DNA of 64,000 nt from Rickettsiales bacterium (GTDB lineage: Bacteria > Pseudomonadota > Alphaproteobacteria > Rs-D84), in contig JAITCH010000011.1 in NCBI GenBank assembly GCA_031283185.1, positions 69,171-133,170 on the forward strand. Reading direction: 5' to 3'. The notes below the pieces were generated by a model, which was not told the DNA's origin, searched no databases, and saw only the letters and a program-made list of their open reading frames with translations. A program made the position numbers and the translations under genes. Below are positions 37,327 through 47,803 of this stretch, piece by piece. The number at the start of each line of letters is the position of its first letter. Positions within the stretch are counted from its first letter, which is position 1.

Positions 37327-38312
37327 AGTGGAAAGAAATTGATTTGGACACCGCTGTCGCCAATAAAATGGCAGGGTTAAGGGGTGTTTTATTGGCCGGA
37401 CAAGATGCCGGTAAAATTTCCGAAAATGCCGGGAGAATTGTGAAATCTTTGGGCTTGCAGAAAGACTGCATAATCAAATGCGCCCTGACCGAATTGAAGT
37501 CTGATTCCGATCGCCTTTTTGCAGAGGCCTGTTCCGATTCATTATTCGGAGACAGGCGCGGCATTGTTATAACCGATGCGACTGCAACCAAAGGGGACGC
37601 GAATGTTATAATGGATTTATGTCGTGAACCGACCTTATCCGCGTTTGTAATCGTGCAGGCCGGAGATATGAAAAAAGATGCGGAATTAAAAAAGTTTTTT
37701 GAGGCTGCCGCGGACTTTGCGTCCGTGGATCATTACCTGGATACCGAGCGGGATTTGCCCAATATCATCAAAAACATTTTGTCAGCGGAAGGGGTCATAG
37801 ACATTTCAAGGGACGCGATGGTTTATATGTCGAGATCCCTGGGGGGCGACCGGGGACAGACGCGCCGCGCATTGGAAAAACTTGCGATGTTCGTCCAGGG
37901 GCGGAAAGTCGAATTGGAAGATGCTGTCGCTTGTATTGGGGATTCTGGCGCGGCGGCGATTGATCAACTGCTTTATTCTGCGACTGCCGGGCGGGCGTCT
38001 GATACGGCGTCTGCATTTGACCGATTAATAGAAGATAAAATTGTTCCAGCCCAAATTATCCGCGCGCTGTCCCGACATCTTAAAACATTGTTGGCGGCGA
38101 AATCATCCAATCTGCCGCCGGTGGTGTTTTGGAAATATAGGGATTTGGCGGCCGAGGCTTGGAAATTATGGACCCCGGACAGATTGTCGCAGGTCTTGGC
38201 GAGGGTGCCCGAGGTTGAAAAGGATTTGCGCGGATCAAAGTCCGAAGAAGCCGTATTATCCAAGTTCTGTTTGGATATTGCGGTTTATGCGGCGAAATTC
38301 AAGAAGAGGTGA
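37323..38312 (+). CDS. holA: DNA polymerase III subunit delta
   Basis: 329 aa; position after leuS-lptE; delta N-terminal domain pattern (MKWKEIDLDTAVANK...). Confidence 0.55.
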   Translation: MKWKEIDLDTAVANKMAGLRGVLLAGQDAGKISENAGRIVKSLGLQKDCIIKCALTELKSDSDRLFAEACSDSLFGDRRGIVITDATATKGDANVIMDLCREPTLSAFVIVQAGDMKKDAELKKFFEAAADFASVDHYLDTERDLPNIIKNILSAEGVIDISRDAMVYMSRSLGGDRGQTRRALEKLAMFVQGRKVELEDAVACIGDSGAAAIDQLLYSATAGRASDTASAFDRLIEDKIVPAQIIRALSRHLKTLLAAKSSNLPPVVFWKYRDLAAEAWKLWTPDRLSQVLARVPEVEKDLRGSKSEEAVLSKFCLDIAVYAAKFKKR

Positions 38313-38315
38313 GAT

Positions 38316-39083
38316 ATGCTTCCCAGCGTTTATGCACCAAAGGATTTTAAGAGATTGCGTCAGGCGGGGGCGATAGTCGCCCGGGCATTGGAATATATCG
38401 GGCAGTTTGTGAAGCCCGGCGTGTCCACGGCGGAATTGGATGAGATAATTGCAAAATTCTTAAAGGAAAATGATGCCAGGTCAAGTTGCCTTGGATATAA
38501 GGGTTTTCCGAAATCTGTATGCACTTCGATCAATGATGTTATAGTCCACGGGATTCCGAGCGACAAGGATATATTGAAAGAAGGCGACATTATTAATATA
38601 GATTTAACGGCGGAGTTTAAGGGCTTTCATGCGGATTCTTCACGGATGTTTGCCGCAGGGCGCATCTCGGACAATGCAAAGAAAATCAATCAAACGGCGT
38701 TGGATGCCTTGATGACATCTATATCTGCTTGCGAACCGGGCGTGCCTCTGTCGGAAATCGGCAGGATCTGCGAAGGCCTGGCCAAGGCGCGGGGATTCTC
38801 AGTGTCCAAGGACTTTGTGGGGCACGGCATAGGCAAAGTTATGCACGACGAGCCGCAGATCTATCACTTTTATGATAAGAAAATGGATTCCGTTATTATG
38901 TGCCCGGGATTGGTCTTTACCATAGAGCCGATGTTATGCGAGCATTCCGCAGCGATGAAAATTGATGCGGATGGCTGGACTGCACGGACAAAGGACGGGG
39001 GATTATCCGCGCAATGGGAACATACAATCGGTATAACCGAAGACGGCTGCGTTATCTTTACAGAATTGCCGGACGAGGGATAA
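38316..39083 (+). CDS. map: Type I methionine aminopeptidase
   Basis: Metal-ligand blocks ...CLGYKGFPKSVCTSINDVIVHGIP, DIINIDLTAEFKGFHAD, VGHGIG, EPM; 255 aa. Confidence 0.85.
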   Translation: MLPSVYAPKDFKRLRQAGAIVARALEYIGQFVKPGVSTAELDEIIAKFLKENDARSSCLGYKGFPKSVCTSINDVIVHGIPSDKDILKEGDIINIDLTAEFKGFHADSSRMFAAGRISDNAKKINQTALDALMTSISACEPGVPLSEIGRICEGLAKARGFSVSKDFVGHGIGKVMHDEPQIYHFYDKKMDSVIMCPGLVFTIEPMLCEHSAAMKIDADGWTARTKDGGLSAQWEHTIGITEDGCVIFTELPDEG

Positions 39084-39088
39084 TAAAA

Positions 39089-39763
39089 ATGAGCGGATGG
39101 AGAGAGGGGCATAGAAAACGGATTTTTGATAAATTTGATAAGGGATTGGATATGTCGCCTTATGAAATTTTAGAGATAATTTTATGTTATTGTATTCCGC
39201 GGATGGATGTGCGGGGAACGGCTTCGCAATTGGTGAAAAAATATGGCAGTCCGTTGGCTGCTTGTATTCAATCTGAAAAATCATTGTTGGAAAACGAGGG
39301 AATTGGAATTTCTTCTGCGCGGTTGTTGCGGGCAATAGGCGGGCTTTATGAAGATAGTTTTGCGATTAATATGAAGGCAGAGCCGATATATCATAATATC
39401 CAGATTCTTTATGATTATTGTAGGATTAAGATGGCGGCGTTGGAAGAAGAGCGGGTTTTAGTGCTTTATTTGGACGCGAATATGAAGTTGATAAAGTCGG
39501 AAGAGCATACCAAAGGATCGGCGGCGGAATCTGCGTTGTATAAGGATAAAATTGCGAAGAACGCATTGGTTATGGGCGCAAGGAATGTGGTGGTTGTGCA
39601 TAATCATCCTGCTGGCGGGGATTTTTCGATTGATGATTATAATGTTTCGTGCGCGCTTAGGGACGCGCTGGGAACGATTGATGTGAAGTTGTTTGATCAT
39701 CTGCTGGTGAGCGATGGCAGAGTTCTATCTGCGAAAGAAAAATGGCCCGAATTGGGCGTATGA
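39089..39763 (+). CDS. radC: RadC-family JAB-domain protein (UPF0758)
   Basis: JAMM motif VHNHPAGG; N-terminal HhH-like region. Confidence 0.75.
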   Translation: MSGWREGHRKRIFDKFDKGLDMSPYEILEIILCYCIPRMDVRGTASQLVKKYGSPLAACIQSEKSLLENEGIGISSARLLRAIGGLYEDSFAINMKAEPIYHNIQILYDYCRIKMAALEEERVLVLYLDANMKLIKSEEHTKGSAAESALYKDKIAKNALVMGARNVVVVHNHPAGGDFSIDDYNVSCALRDALGTIDVKLFDHLLVSDGRVLSAKEKWPELGV

Positions 39764-39928
39764 CAAAAAACATAAGGTGCATTTTTCGTTTGCGGTCTAT
39801 ATCGCCCAGAATCAAGGAAAATGGGGGCACACTCATTGGCATACAGCCAACTTCACCCCCATTTTCCTTGATTCTGGGCGTTCTATCCTAGCAAACGCGA
39901 TGCACCTAATGTTTTTTGCACGATATTA
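39761..39928 (+). repeat. Family B element starting on the radC stop codon (core ggaaaatgggggcac...cccccattttcc); followed at 39929-39953 by a terminator-like aattcccctcc hairpin shared with argS
   Basis: tgacaaaaaacataaggtgcatttttcgtttgcgg...ttttttgcacgatattaaaattcccctccgatggagtggaatt. Confidence 0.65.
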
Positions 39929-39955
39929 AAATTCCCCTCCGATGGAGTGGAATTT

Positions 39956-41647
39956 TCACATCCCTTTCGGCACTTCCATACCTAATAATTCAATAGCCTT
40001 GCTCAGTATCCTATGCGTCCGCCAAATCAACGCCTTCCTCTTCGCCGTTACCGCCTCATCAATACCGCCTTTCAATACTGGATATTCGTGATAATAACCA
40101 TTCGCAAGTTGCGCCAAATCATATACGAAATTTGCTACAATGGATGGATCAAAATTCTCCCCGGCTCGTTGCACCGCCCTATCAAATTCCAATAACTGCA
40201 AAATCAAAGCCCGCTCAGCCGCGCCTTCTATCGCACCGCTCGGCATATATATTCCGAAATCCTCCCCCGCCTTGGCCATAATGGACGCCAGCCGCACCGC
40301 CGTATAAAGCACATAAGGCCCCGTATGCCCCTCAAAACTTGTAATCTGCTCTGGATCAAATGCAAAATTATCCAACGCCCCATGCGAAAGATAATTGAAT
40401 TTCAACGCCGCAATGCCAATCTTTTTAATATCTTCCGCGGGCAGTGATTTACCAGCCTCGGCCACTCGCGCCGCCGCCGCGTCTATTGTCGCATTTATTA
40501 CATCGCGGAGGTTGGGCGCGCCGCCATCCCGCGTCTTAAACACCCGCCCGCCTTTGGCCACCACCGCCCCATATCCAATATGCGTCATTCCATCCGCGGG
40601 CGCAAAGCCCGCCCGGGTAGCAACATCAAACACCTGGGACAGATGAAGTTTCTGCCGCACATCCACAATATAAACCAATTTGTCCGGTGTATATTCTCTT
40701 TGCCAAGTCCTAACATTCGTCAGATCCGCAGTGGCATAAGTTTCCGCCCCCGCGCCCGTCCTGAATAATAACGGCGGCGCGTCAAATGAAACGCGAACAA
40801 CTTCCGCCCCGGCATCCGTCTCTAATAATCCTTTATCGCGCAATATCTTCTCTACATCCTTAACAAACGGCGCGCTATATCTCTCGCCGTGCCAATTATC
40901 AAACGGCAATATATCCAGCATCGAAATAGTCTCTTTTATATCAGCAATGGAGATGGCCAAAAACTGCTCGTAAATTTTCATATATTCAATATTCCCGTCT
41001 TGAAATTCGGCTGTAATTTTCCGAACCTTTTCCAGATATTCCGGGTCATCTTTCGCGCGAATGGAAGACGATGGATAAAATCCATTTAATTCTTCGGCCG
41101 ATAAATTATTCGGCAAACCACCCGGATATTTCTCAACTATCCAGGCGATAACCATACCCATATTCCTGCCCCAATCGCCAATGAAGTTGTTGGATATAAC
41201 GCGATGCCCAACGGCAGTCAAAATGCGCGAAATAACATCGCCCAGCAGGGTCGTGCTGAGATGCCCGATGTGCAAGGCCTTGGCTATATTGTATCCGGCA
41301 TATTCAAGACCAATGGTCGCAGGCTTTGCCACAGGGGAAATCACGCCCGCGCCCTGCGCGGATTCCATCAGAAAGTTATCCGTTAAACAAAAATTCACAA
41401 AGCCCGGGGCTGCGACAATAATTCTATCGACTTCGGGGATCATTGTTAATTCGACTGCCAAATCGGCGGCGACTTCCATTGGTTTTTTACCCAGTGTTTT
41501 GGCGGCAATCATTGCGAAGTTAGTGGCGTAATCGCCGTGTTCCGGACTTTTGGAAGTTTCAACGGCAAAGCGCGCGACCAAATCCGCTGGGTATTTGGAT
41601 TTAAGAATAGTTTTCGCCTTGTCCGTAATAAAATTCTGAATGTTCAT
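39956..41647 (-). CDS. argS: Arginine--tRNA ligase
   Basis: 563 aa; HIGH-type AKALHIGHL; ArgRS N-terminal additional domain and DALR anticodon-binding C-terminus. Confidence 0.85.
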   Translation of the reverse strand: MNIQNFITDKAKTILKSKYPADLVARFAVETSKSPEHGDYATNFAMIAAKTLGKKPMEVAADLAVELTMIPEVDRIIVAAPGFVNFCLTDNFLMESAQGAGVISPVAKPATIGLEYAGYNIAKALHIGHLSTTLLGDVISRILTAVGHRVISNNFIGDWGRNMGMVIAWIVEKYPGGLPNNLSAEELNGFYPSSSIRAKDDPEYLEKVRKITAEFQDGNIEYMKIYEQFLAISIADIKETISMLDILPFDNWHGERYSAPFVKDVEKILRDKGLLETDAGAEVVRVSFDAPPLLFRTGAGAETYATADLTNVRTWQREYTPDKLVYIVDVRQKLHLSQVFDVATRAGFAPADGMTHIGYGAVVAKGGRVFKTRDGGAPNLRDVINATIDAAAARVAEAGKSLPAEDIKKIGIAALKFNYLSHGALDNFAFDPEQITSFEGHTGPYVLYTAVRLASIMAKAGEDFGIYMPSGAIEGAAERALILQLLEFDRAVQRAGENFDPSIVANFVYDLAQLANGYYHEYPVLKGGIDEAVTAKRKALIWRTHRILSKAIELLGMEVPKGM

Positions 41648-41690
41648 TTTTGCCCGCCTAGATAAACTTTAACCGCCACTCGGGCGGTTT

Positions 41691-41720
41691 AATTTGGTTG
41701 CGGGAATAGGATTTGGATTT
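41691..41720 (-). repeat. Degenerate duplicate of the tRNA-fMet 3' end (20 of 24 nt identical), 157 bp upstream of the intact tRNA
   Basis: tttggttgcgggaataggatttgga compared with tttggttgcgggagttggatttgaa at 41851-41875. Confidence 0.45.
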
Positions 41721-41852
41721 CGCCCTTACGGGCTCATCCGACCTTGGCCAATTCTCGCTCCGCTCGAACCGGCATCCTTTCGTCTGCCTTTGGCCGGCGG
41801 TTGAACCAACTTTTTCATTGGTTCAAATCCCGTTTGTCTTTTGGATTAACTT

Positions 41853-41929
<77 letters not shown>

Positions 41930-41970
41930 ATACATAGACATTATCTATTTGATGCCCAGAAAAGTCAAGA

Positions 41971-42858
41971 TTATATTATCTCATAATTATCCGGGTCGGA
42001 AAATAACATCCTTAACGCCAGATTATTCAACGCGTGCGAGCCTTTATAACTCTCCACCCTGCCTTGCAACACACCGCCAGCCAACGCAAAATCCCCCAGC
42101 ATATCCAGCACCTTATGCCGCGCAAATTCATTCTTCCATCTCAGTCCCCAAGGCTTCGGATTCGCCACTCTATCCCCATCCAATGCAATAACATTCTCTT
42201 CATTCGCACCCCGCGCCATACCGCGCTTTTTCAACGCATCCCACTCCGCCAAGTTCCCAAAAGTCCTTGCCCTTGCCACATCTTTCTCAAAATCCTTAAT
42301 ATCTTTCAGGGCAAATTTCTGGTCGCCAATGATTTTATTATTATAGACCAACCGCGCTGAAAATTCCGCCTTTCGCGCTGGCGAAATCTTTACATATCCA
42401 TCCCTGCCCCCGCGCCGAAACAGCCCCAAAATCCGCATCAATAACGGCATTTTCAAGCGCAAATCCCTTGCCCGCGCCACAATCTCTTTTTTAACAATTA
42501 TCGTTTTGGGCTTTCTGCCCGCCACCACCGGCTTTAACTTTTTATAAAACTCCTCGGCGCAGCCATCCATAATCGGAATCTCCGCCCCGTCCGTTTCCAC
42601 CACCGCATTATCAATCCCCAAAGCATAAAAAGCCGCCATCAAATGCTCTATCGTCTGAACCCGCGCCTTGCCATCCTCCAACGAAGTGCTTCGCATCTCC
42701 GTCCCGACTACATTATCAAACCGCGCCAAAACACTTTTGCCCAAATCGGAACGCGTAAAGACCACCCCGCCATTTCCCGGCCGTAGAGTCATATTAAACG
42801 CCTCGCCCGAATGCAATCCCACGCCGCGAAATTTGACTATATTTTTGATGCCAGCCAT
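41971..42858 (-). CDS. lpxC: UDP-3-O-acyl-N-acetylglucosamine deacetylase
   Basis: N-terminal IVKFRGVGLHSGEAFNMTLRP and later LpxC Zn-site blocks; 295 aa. Confidence 0.8.
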   Translation of the reverse strand: MAGIKNIVKFRGVGLHSGEAFNMTLRPGNGGVVFTRSDLGKSVLARFDNVVGTEMRSTSLEDGKARVQTIEHLMAAFYALGIDNAVVETDGAEIPIMDGCAEEFYKKLKPVVAGRKPKTIIVKKEIVARARDLRLKMPLLMRILGLFRRGGRDGYVKISPARKAEFSARLVYNNKIIGDQKFALKDIKDFEKDVARARTFGNLAEWDALKKRGMARGANEENVIALDGDRVANPKPWGLRWKNEFARHKVLDMLGDFALAGGVLQGRVESYKGSHALNNLALRMLFSDPDNYEII

Positions 42859-43748
42859 TTATAAAACCCCTCCTCAATCACCGCTTTCATTTTCAAGATT
42901 TTCACTTTTTCCAATGCCCATCCAGGCAGACGCGCGGCATCCTTTTCAGTCGTCCAAATTTCCCCCGGCATTGCAAAAATCTTCTTCAATTCTCTCTTCG
43001 TCCAATTATGATGATCTGGAAACGGAAGTCTTTTTATCGCCCGCTCTGATAATTCTTCCAATGACGCAAAGAACTTTTCAGGATAGCCCAGCCCCGAAAA
43101 AGCCACTATCTTTTTTCCAAATTCCGCAGGCTCGAAAACCCGCTCCGCACTAAATACAGGTATCGAAATTTTATCCCTTAACCCCGTTTCATCTTCCCCG
43201 ATTATGATCGCCGCGTCCGCCCTTTTCAGTCCCGAACGCAATGTCTCACGCAGGGGTCCCGCAGGCAAGACAAATCCGTTTCCAATTCCGACCACCCCAT
43301 CAAAAACCAAAATCGACACATCTTTTTTAACAATCGGATTCTGAAATCCATCGTCCATTATTATGTAGTCATATGTCTCCATCAGCGGCAAATTATCCTG
43401 CCGCTTTGCTCCTACAAATACATCAAAATGCTCTGCCATCATACGCGCCTCATCACCCACTTCGCGCGCCGTGTCGATTGGCAAAACCCTCCCCGTTTTC
43501 TTACCCCCATATCCCCGGGTCAGCACAGCAGAATTTTTTAACCGCCCCGCTACCTCCATAACAATCGGCGTTTTTCCAACCCCTCCCGCAAGGATATTCC
43601 CGATGCAAATTACCGGCTTTTTTGCACTTTTTGCTCGAAAAAGCCGGGTTTTATAAACAATTTTAGAGACTATTAAATACAGCCACGACACCGACAGCAA
43701 AGCCTTGGCAATCCAATTTCTTTTCATAAACCATTTCGGAGTTTTCAT
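42837..43748 (-). CDS. lpxK: Tetraacyldisaccharide 4'-kinase
   Basis: P-loop GNILAGGVGKTP; 303 aa. Confidence 0.8.
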   Translation of the reverse strand: MKTPKWFMKRNWIAKALLSVSWLYLIVSKIVYKTRLFRAKSAKKPVICIGNILAGGVGKTPIVMEVAGRLKNSAVLTRGYGGKKTGRVLPIDTAREVGDEARMMAEHFDVFVGAKRQDNLPLMETYDYIIMDDGFQNPIVKKDVSILVFDGVVGIGNGFVLPAGPLRETLRSGLKRADAAIIIGEDETGLRDKISIPVFSAERVFEPAEFGKKIVAFSGLGYPEKFFASLEELSERAIKRLPFPDHHNWTKRELKKIFAMPGEIWTTEKDAARLPGWALEKVKILKMKAVIEEGFYKWLASKI

Positions 43749-44455
43749 ATCTGTCCCTTAAATTCGCCCTGCGTTAACGCATCGTATCCAAATTCCGCGT
43801 CCAATTTATGCAGCTGATCTACCATCGTTTTTTCCAGATCTTCACGAATCAAATTCCACTCGTTTTCGGTCGCATTCCGCGGCACAAAAACCGGATTTCC
43901 CAAATTAAATTTTATCCGACCAAACGGCAACGCCAGCATATATTTATCCCAATTTTTATTAAACCTGGCGCGCGAACAAGAATAGCATATCGGAATAATC
44001 GGCACCCCTGTCATTTTGGCAAAATATAAAATCCCGTCTTTTAATTGCATCCGGGGACCCCGCGGACCATCCGGCGTCATCATCAAAACCTTGCCCTTTT
44101 TAAGCACGGAAAGCCCCCCTCTTAACACCGACAAACTATCCCTTTTACTTGACCCCTTTATCGGTTTTAATCCGAACAATCTTTGCAACTTTGCCATCAA
44201 TCTTCCATCTTCGTGAATGGATGAAACCGCGTATCCATCCAGGCCGTAAAGATATACCAGCGGGGATAAGACAAAACTTCTCCCGTGCCAAAAAGCAAAT
44301 ACCGCCGGCTTGCCTTTCAGGTTTTTCAAGATCTCTTCGCCCTCTATTTTTCGTCTGCTGCTAAGGAATATGAACCATATGACGAAGGCCGCAAAAACGG
44401 CAATCATCCATTGCACCAGCGCATTCTTGAAAATAGATTTCATTATTTTCTTCAT
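43745..44455 (-). CDS. DUF374 / lysophospholipid-acyltransferase-like membrane protein (commonly linked to lpxK-kdtA)
   Basis: N-terminal TM, FAFWHGR and MTPDGPRGP blocks; 236 aa. Confidence 0.5.
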   Translation of the reverse strand: MKKIMKSIFKNALVQWMIAVFAAFVIWFIFLSSRRKIEGEEILKNLKGKPAVFAFWHGRSFVLSPLVYLYGLDGYAVSSIHEDGRLMAKLQRLFGLKPIKGSSKRDSLSVLRGGLSVLKKGKVLMMTPDGPRGPRMQLKDGILYFAKMTGVPIIPICYSCSRARFNKNWDKYMLALPFGRIKFNLGNPVFVPRNATENEWNLIREDLEKTMVDQLHKLDAEFGYDALTQGEFKGQI

Positions 44456-44469
44456 AAGGGAATTATAAC

Positions 44470-44898
44470 TTACTTCGTGCGGTTTTCAATGCTTATTTCC
44501 CGCCGGGCTCCGCCCGCATCCCTAATCATAATATCTATCGCCGGTCTGAGATCCGCTATCAATTCCGGCCATTCCACCAGCACTATCCCTTCTTTTATAT
44601 GCTCAAACATCCATAATTCTTCCAATTCATCCCTGGATTTCACCCGATAAAGGTCAAAATGCGCCAGATTTCCGCCATCCGCCGTCTGATAAGTCTGCAC
44701 GATATTAAAGGTCGGACTGGGCACAACCAGTTTCTTATCCCCGCATAATTCCCGAATAACCGCGCGGCAAAACTCAGTCTTACCCGCGCCCAAATCGCCC
44801 GTTATCCGCACCAAGCACGGCGATTTTAACTTTGCCGCGAATTTCTCCGCGAAGTTTTTCATTTCCGTCAAAGATGCAATTTTCTTTTTCATTTGCAT
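44470..44898 (-). CDS. tsaE: tRNA threonylcarbamoyladenosine biosynthesis protein TsaE
   Basis: P-loop GDLGAGKT; 142 aa. Confidence 0.75.
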   Translation of the reverse strand: MQMKKKIASLTEMKNFAEKFAAKLKSPCLVRITGDLGAGKTEFCRAVIRELCGDKKLVVPSPTFNIVQTYQTADGGNLAHFDLYRVKSRDELEELWMFEHIKEGIVLVEWPELIADLRPAIDIMIRDAGGARREISIENRTK

Positions 44899-45473
44899 TC
44901 CGCCAAGTGATCGCTATGTGGATTTTTATCTAAATTCCTGTTCCGCACCCCTGCCTCGGCCTCTATTTTCCGCAGCACCATTACCAATTCCGGGTCGGAT
45001 TTTATATCTTCTGCGCGCGCTGATTTCGCCGCAGATTTCAACGCTTTCTCAAATTCCGCAGCAAAATCCCGCAATGTCGCCATATATATATTAATATGAT
45101 CTTGTTCGTGGCGCAATACCGCATTATATTCGCAACTGCCTTCATTAAATCTGCCATCAATCCTTATATCAAAATCATATCCAATTTCAGCGCGCACCGA
45201 TTTCAGCGCAGTGCAGCCATCAAATTCTTCCATTTTCAGGTCGTATTTCGCCCGAAAAACCGCCTCAACATCGCCAAAATGATCGGACAAGTCCGCGCCC
45301 TGAGACACGGAAATCTCCGGCTTTAATACCCTCACCCCCACCAAAACAGACGATTTCGGACAGGCGGCAATCGCAGGCATTACCAAAATCAGACTAGCCG
45401 CCAAAAGACCGCAGATATTCCCAAACAAAGCCACTTCCTTGTTTTTTATAAATCTCTTCCGCCAATAATACAT
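44889..45473 (-). CDS. Putative secreted/lipoprotein Zn-metallopeptidase-like protein (HExxH; DUF922/COG5661-like). Start at MYYWRKRF (45473) overlaps the virB4 end; alternative start at MPAIAAC (45380).
   Basis: Signal peptide with lipobox LVMPAIAAC; HEQDH motif (RHEQDHINIY). Confidence 0.35.
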   Translation of the reverse strand: MYYWRKRFIKNKEVALFGNICGLLAASLILVMPAIAACPKSSVLVGVRVLKPEISVSQGADLSDHFGDVEAVFRAKYDLKMEEFDGCTALKSVRAEIGYDFDIRIDGRFNEGSCEYNAVLRHEQDHINIYMATLRDFAAEFEKALKSAAKSARAEDIKSDPELVMVLRKIEAEAGVRNRNLDKNPHSDHLAECK

Positions 45474-47802
45474 TTTTCCGCCCGCTCTCAAATAGTCTTA
45501 TATAGCCACCAAGTCCCGCCAATTCCGTATTCAATATGACCGATTCCCCGGTAATTGGCCGCCGTAGCAATAATCCGCGTTTAAGATTTGGATAAAGTTT
45601 CCCCTGGATAAACGCCTGCTCCATCGGATTCAGACGCCAATGCTCGTAATCCGAAATATCCGCCGCCGGATTACGGAAGAACAATATAGTCTGCGCCTGA
45701 CCACGCACAACATCCCCAATCCCCAGTTTATCCAATATATTCGCCCGCTGAAACGCCGCCATATACGCCTGCCGGTTTTTCCGCCCCTCTTGTAATCCTA
45801 TGATAAAGTTCTTTCTGAACTGCTCGTTTTCCAACATCGGCGCGGTTTCGTCTATCATTACCAAACTGGGATTTCCGCCCGACAGGGTTATATTATTCAC
45901 CCTTTGCAGCAAATAACTCAGCACCGCCGGAGACAGAGTTTTATCCTCTAATATATTCGTAAAGTCAAAAGTTGTGAGCCGCGACCTTAGATCCACATTA
46001 TCTTCTTTGGCATTAAACACAGATCCATATTGGTTGTCATCAATCCATTTCTTCATATTCGCGCGGACATCACCCTGGCTGGAAAAGCACGCAGGCACAA
46101 GGTTTTTCAGATTCCTGTCGTCTTTATCTATATAATCAAATACGACTTCCACAGCCTCTGCAATTTCGTCCATTGCCGCCGCGCCATTCGCCTCTGAAAT
46201 TATCCCCAGCCATCTTTTAAGAAAGTCTCTGTTCGCCGCGCTATCATCCATCATCAACGGATTCATACTGGCTTTTACACCGGCCGCTATATTATCCGCA
46301 TTTTCGGATTTGCTATCAAATGTAATGTATTTCCCGCCGATCCCAAGAGTAAATATCTCCGCGCCGCGATTCCTGTCGAAAAAGAAGGTTTTTAATTTCT
46401 GATGTCTTAACGATTGCGAAATCAAAAATGAAAATAAAGTCGTCTTACCAGTTCCTGTCGGCCCTATCACAAGACTATGCGCCACCGCCGCCGGGGCATT
46501 CGACACATGGAACTGGAATTTATACGGCGTTCCTTCCGCAGTCGGGAACACCGCGATCGCCCCGTTTCCCCAATCCGAATTATCATTGCCCTCGGGCACT
46601 GATGCCAGCGGAATACTCGCGGACGCAGCATTGGTCAGCATTGCAAAACTTCGCGGGAACATATCAAATCCCGGCATAAGCGAAAAGAACGCTGGCTTTA
46701 ATGCAAAATTTTCCGCAACCGAAGACACGCCAAAACTCGCGCAGATCTTTCCAAATTCCGCCGCCGCAATTTTTAACTCTTCTTTTGTATCGGACATAAT
46801 CATAAACAGCGGATAATAATCTATCAGATTTTGATTGCCGGCAGTTTCCTCATCCATTCTATCCCGCGTTTCTTCAATCTGTCTGTTTAAGGTATCAAAT
46901 GCCCGCTCGTCATCCGCCGATACTTGTTTTCTCTTAAATAAATTCTCCGCCGCTTTTTTCGACATAAACTTCATACCATTCATTACCACCATCTCGCTCT
47001 GCACCGCCGATAACGAAGTAAAGAAATCTTCATCCATAAAATCCGGCGCAGTGCGATATGATAATATATTCGCATATTTTACCCCGGTGCCGGATGAAAA
47101 CACCAATGTTCCATTATCAAATGATACCGAATCTGTCGCTACAATTTCAGATATATCTAAATTCTTCATCAACACATTATGTCCCGAAACCGGGGATAAA
47201 ATTTTTGCATAAAATGATGCAAAATTTTCCCTTTCCGAATGCCTTGCAACCCGCGGATTATAAGGCGCGAACATATTCTCGAATAATTCAGATACTTTGG
47301 ACAGCGAACTTATATCCGGCGCGTCTATTACCATATAATGTTCGTTCTTATATAGTTTCATCCCTTGGCTATTCCAAGCGTCATGAATTTCCTGTAATAT
47401 CTTTTCATCAAACTCGAAATTCGTCCGCGCATCATCCTTCGTTCGCGTCATAAAGAAACGAAGTGTCGCGCCATCAACGCCCGCCATATTCAAGAAGCGA
47501 GATCTCAGGTCAAAATACTGCGCTCTTTTATTTTCATCCTGCATCGCCAACTGCACACCTGAAATTTTATAAATCCGCGCATAATGTTTATTTTTTAATG
47601 TAATCGTAATATCGTCTTCCAATGCATTCATAAACGGCAGATAATTTCCATATCTTAAAAATCCAAATTTGGGAAACAAAATTTTCGACAGCACAGATGC
47701 ATATAAAAGAAACAAAATAAACAGCGTGAACAATCCACCCATAACCGAAAGCAAGGTTATATAATCGCTATTCGCCGTAAAAACATTTATCAGATTTTCC
47801 AT
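45394..47802 (-). CDS. virB4: Type IV secretion system ATPase VirB4/TrbE
   Basis: 802 aa; Walker A IGPTGTGKTTL; VirB4 C-terminal blocks; preceded by virB3. Confidence 0.75.
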   Translation of the reverse strand: MENLINVFTANSDYITLLSVMGGLFTLFILFLLYASVLSKILFPKFGFLRYGNYLPFMNALEDDITITLKNKHYARIYKISGVQLAMQDENKRAQYFDLRSRFLNMAGVDGATLRFFMTRTKDDARTNFEFDEKILQEIHDAWNSQGMKLYKNEHYMVIDAPDISSLSKVSELFENMFAPYNPRVARHSERENFASFYAKILSPVSGHNVLMKNLDISEIVATDSVSFDNGTLVFSSGTGVKYANILSYRTAPDFMDEDFFTSLSAVQSEMVVMNGMKFMSKKAAENLFKRKQVSADDERAFDTLNRQIEETRDRMDEETAGNQNLIDYYPLFMIMSDTKEELKIAAAEFGKICASFGVSSVAENFALKPAFFSLMPGFDMFPRSFAMLTNAASASIPLASVPEGNDNSDWGNGAIAVFPTAEGTPYKFQFHVSNAPAAVAHSLVIGPTGTGKTTLFSFLISQSLRHQKLKTFFFDRNRGAEIFTLGIGGKYITFDSKSENADNIAAGVKASMNPLMMDDSAANRDFLKRWLGIISEANGAAAMDEIAEAVEVVFDYIDKDDRNLKNLVPACFSSQGDVRANMKKWIDDNQYGSVFNAKEDNVDLRSRLTTFDFTNILEDKTLSPAVLSYLLQRVNNITLSGGNPSLVMIDETAPMLENEQFRKNFIIGLQEGRKNRQAYMAAFQRANILDKLGIGDVVRGQAQTILFFRNPAADISDYEHWRLNPMEQAFIQGKLYPNLKRGLLLRRPITGESVILNTELAGLGGYIRLFESGRKNVLLAEEIYKKQGSGFVWEYLRSFGG

Positions 47803-47803
47803 C

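Noticed and set aside
41691-41780. Second full tRNA or tmRNA-like gene upstream of tRNA-fMet
   Set aside because: Only the 3' ~25 nt resemble a tRNA; I could not fold the adjacent sequence into a cloverleaf by hand, so it is reported only as a degenerate duplicate.
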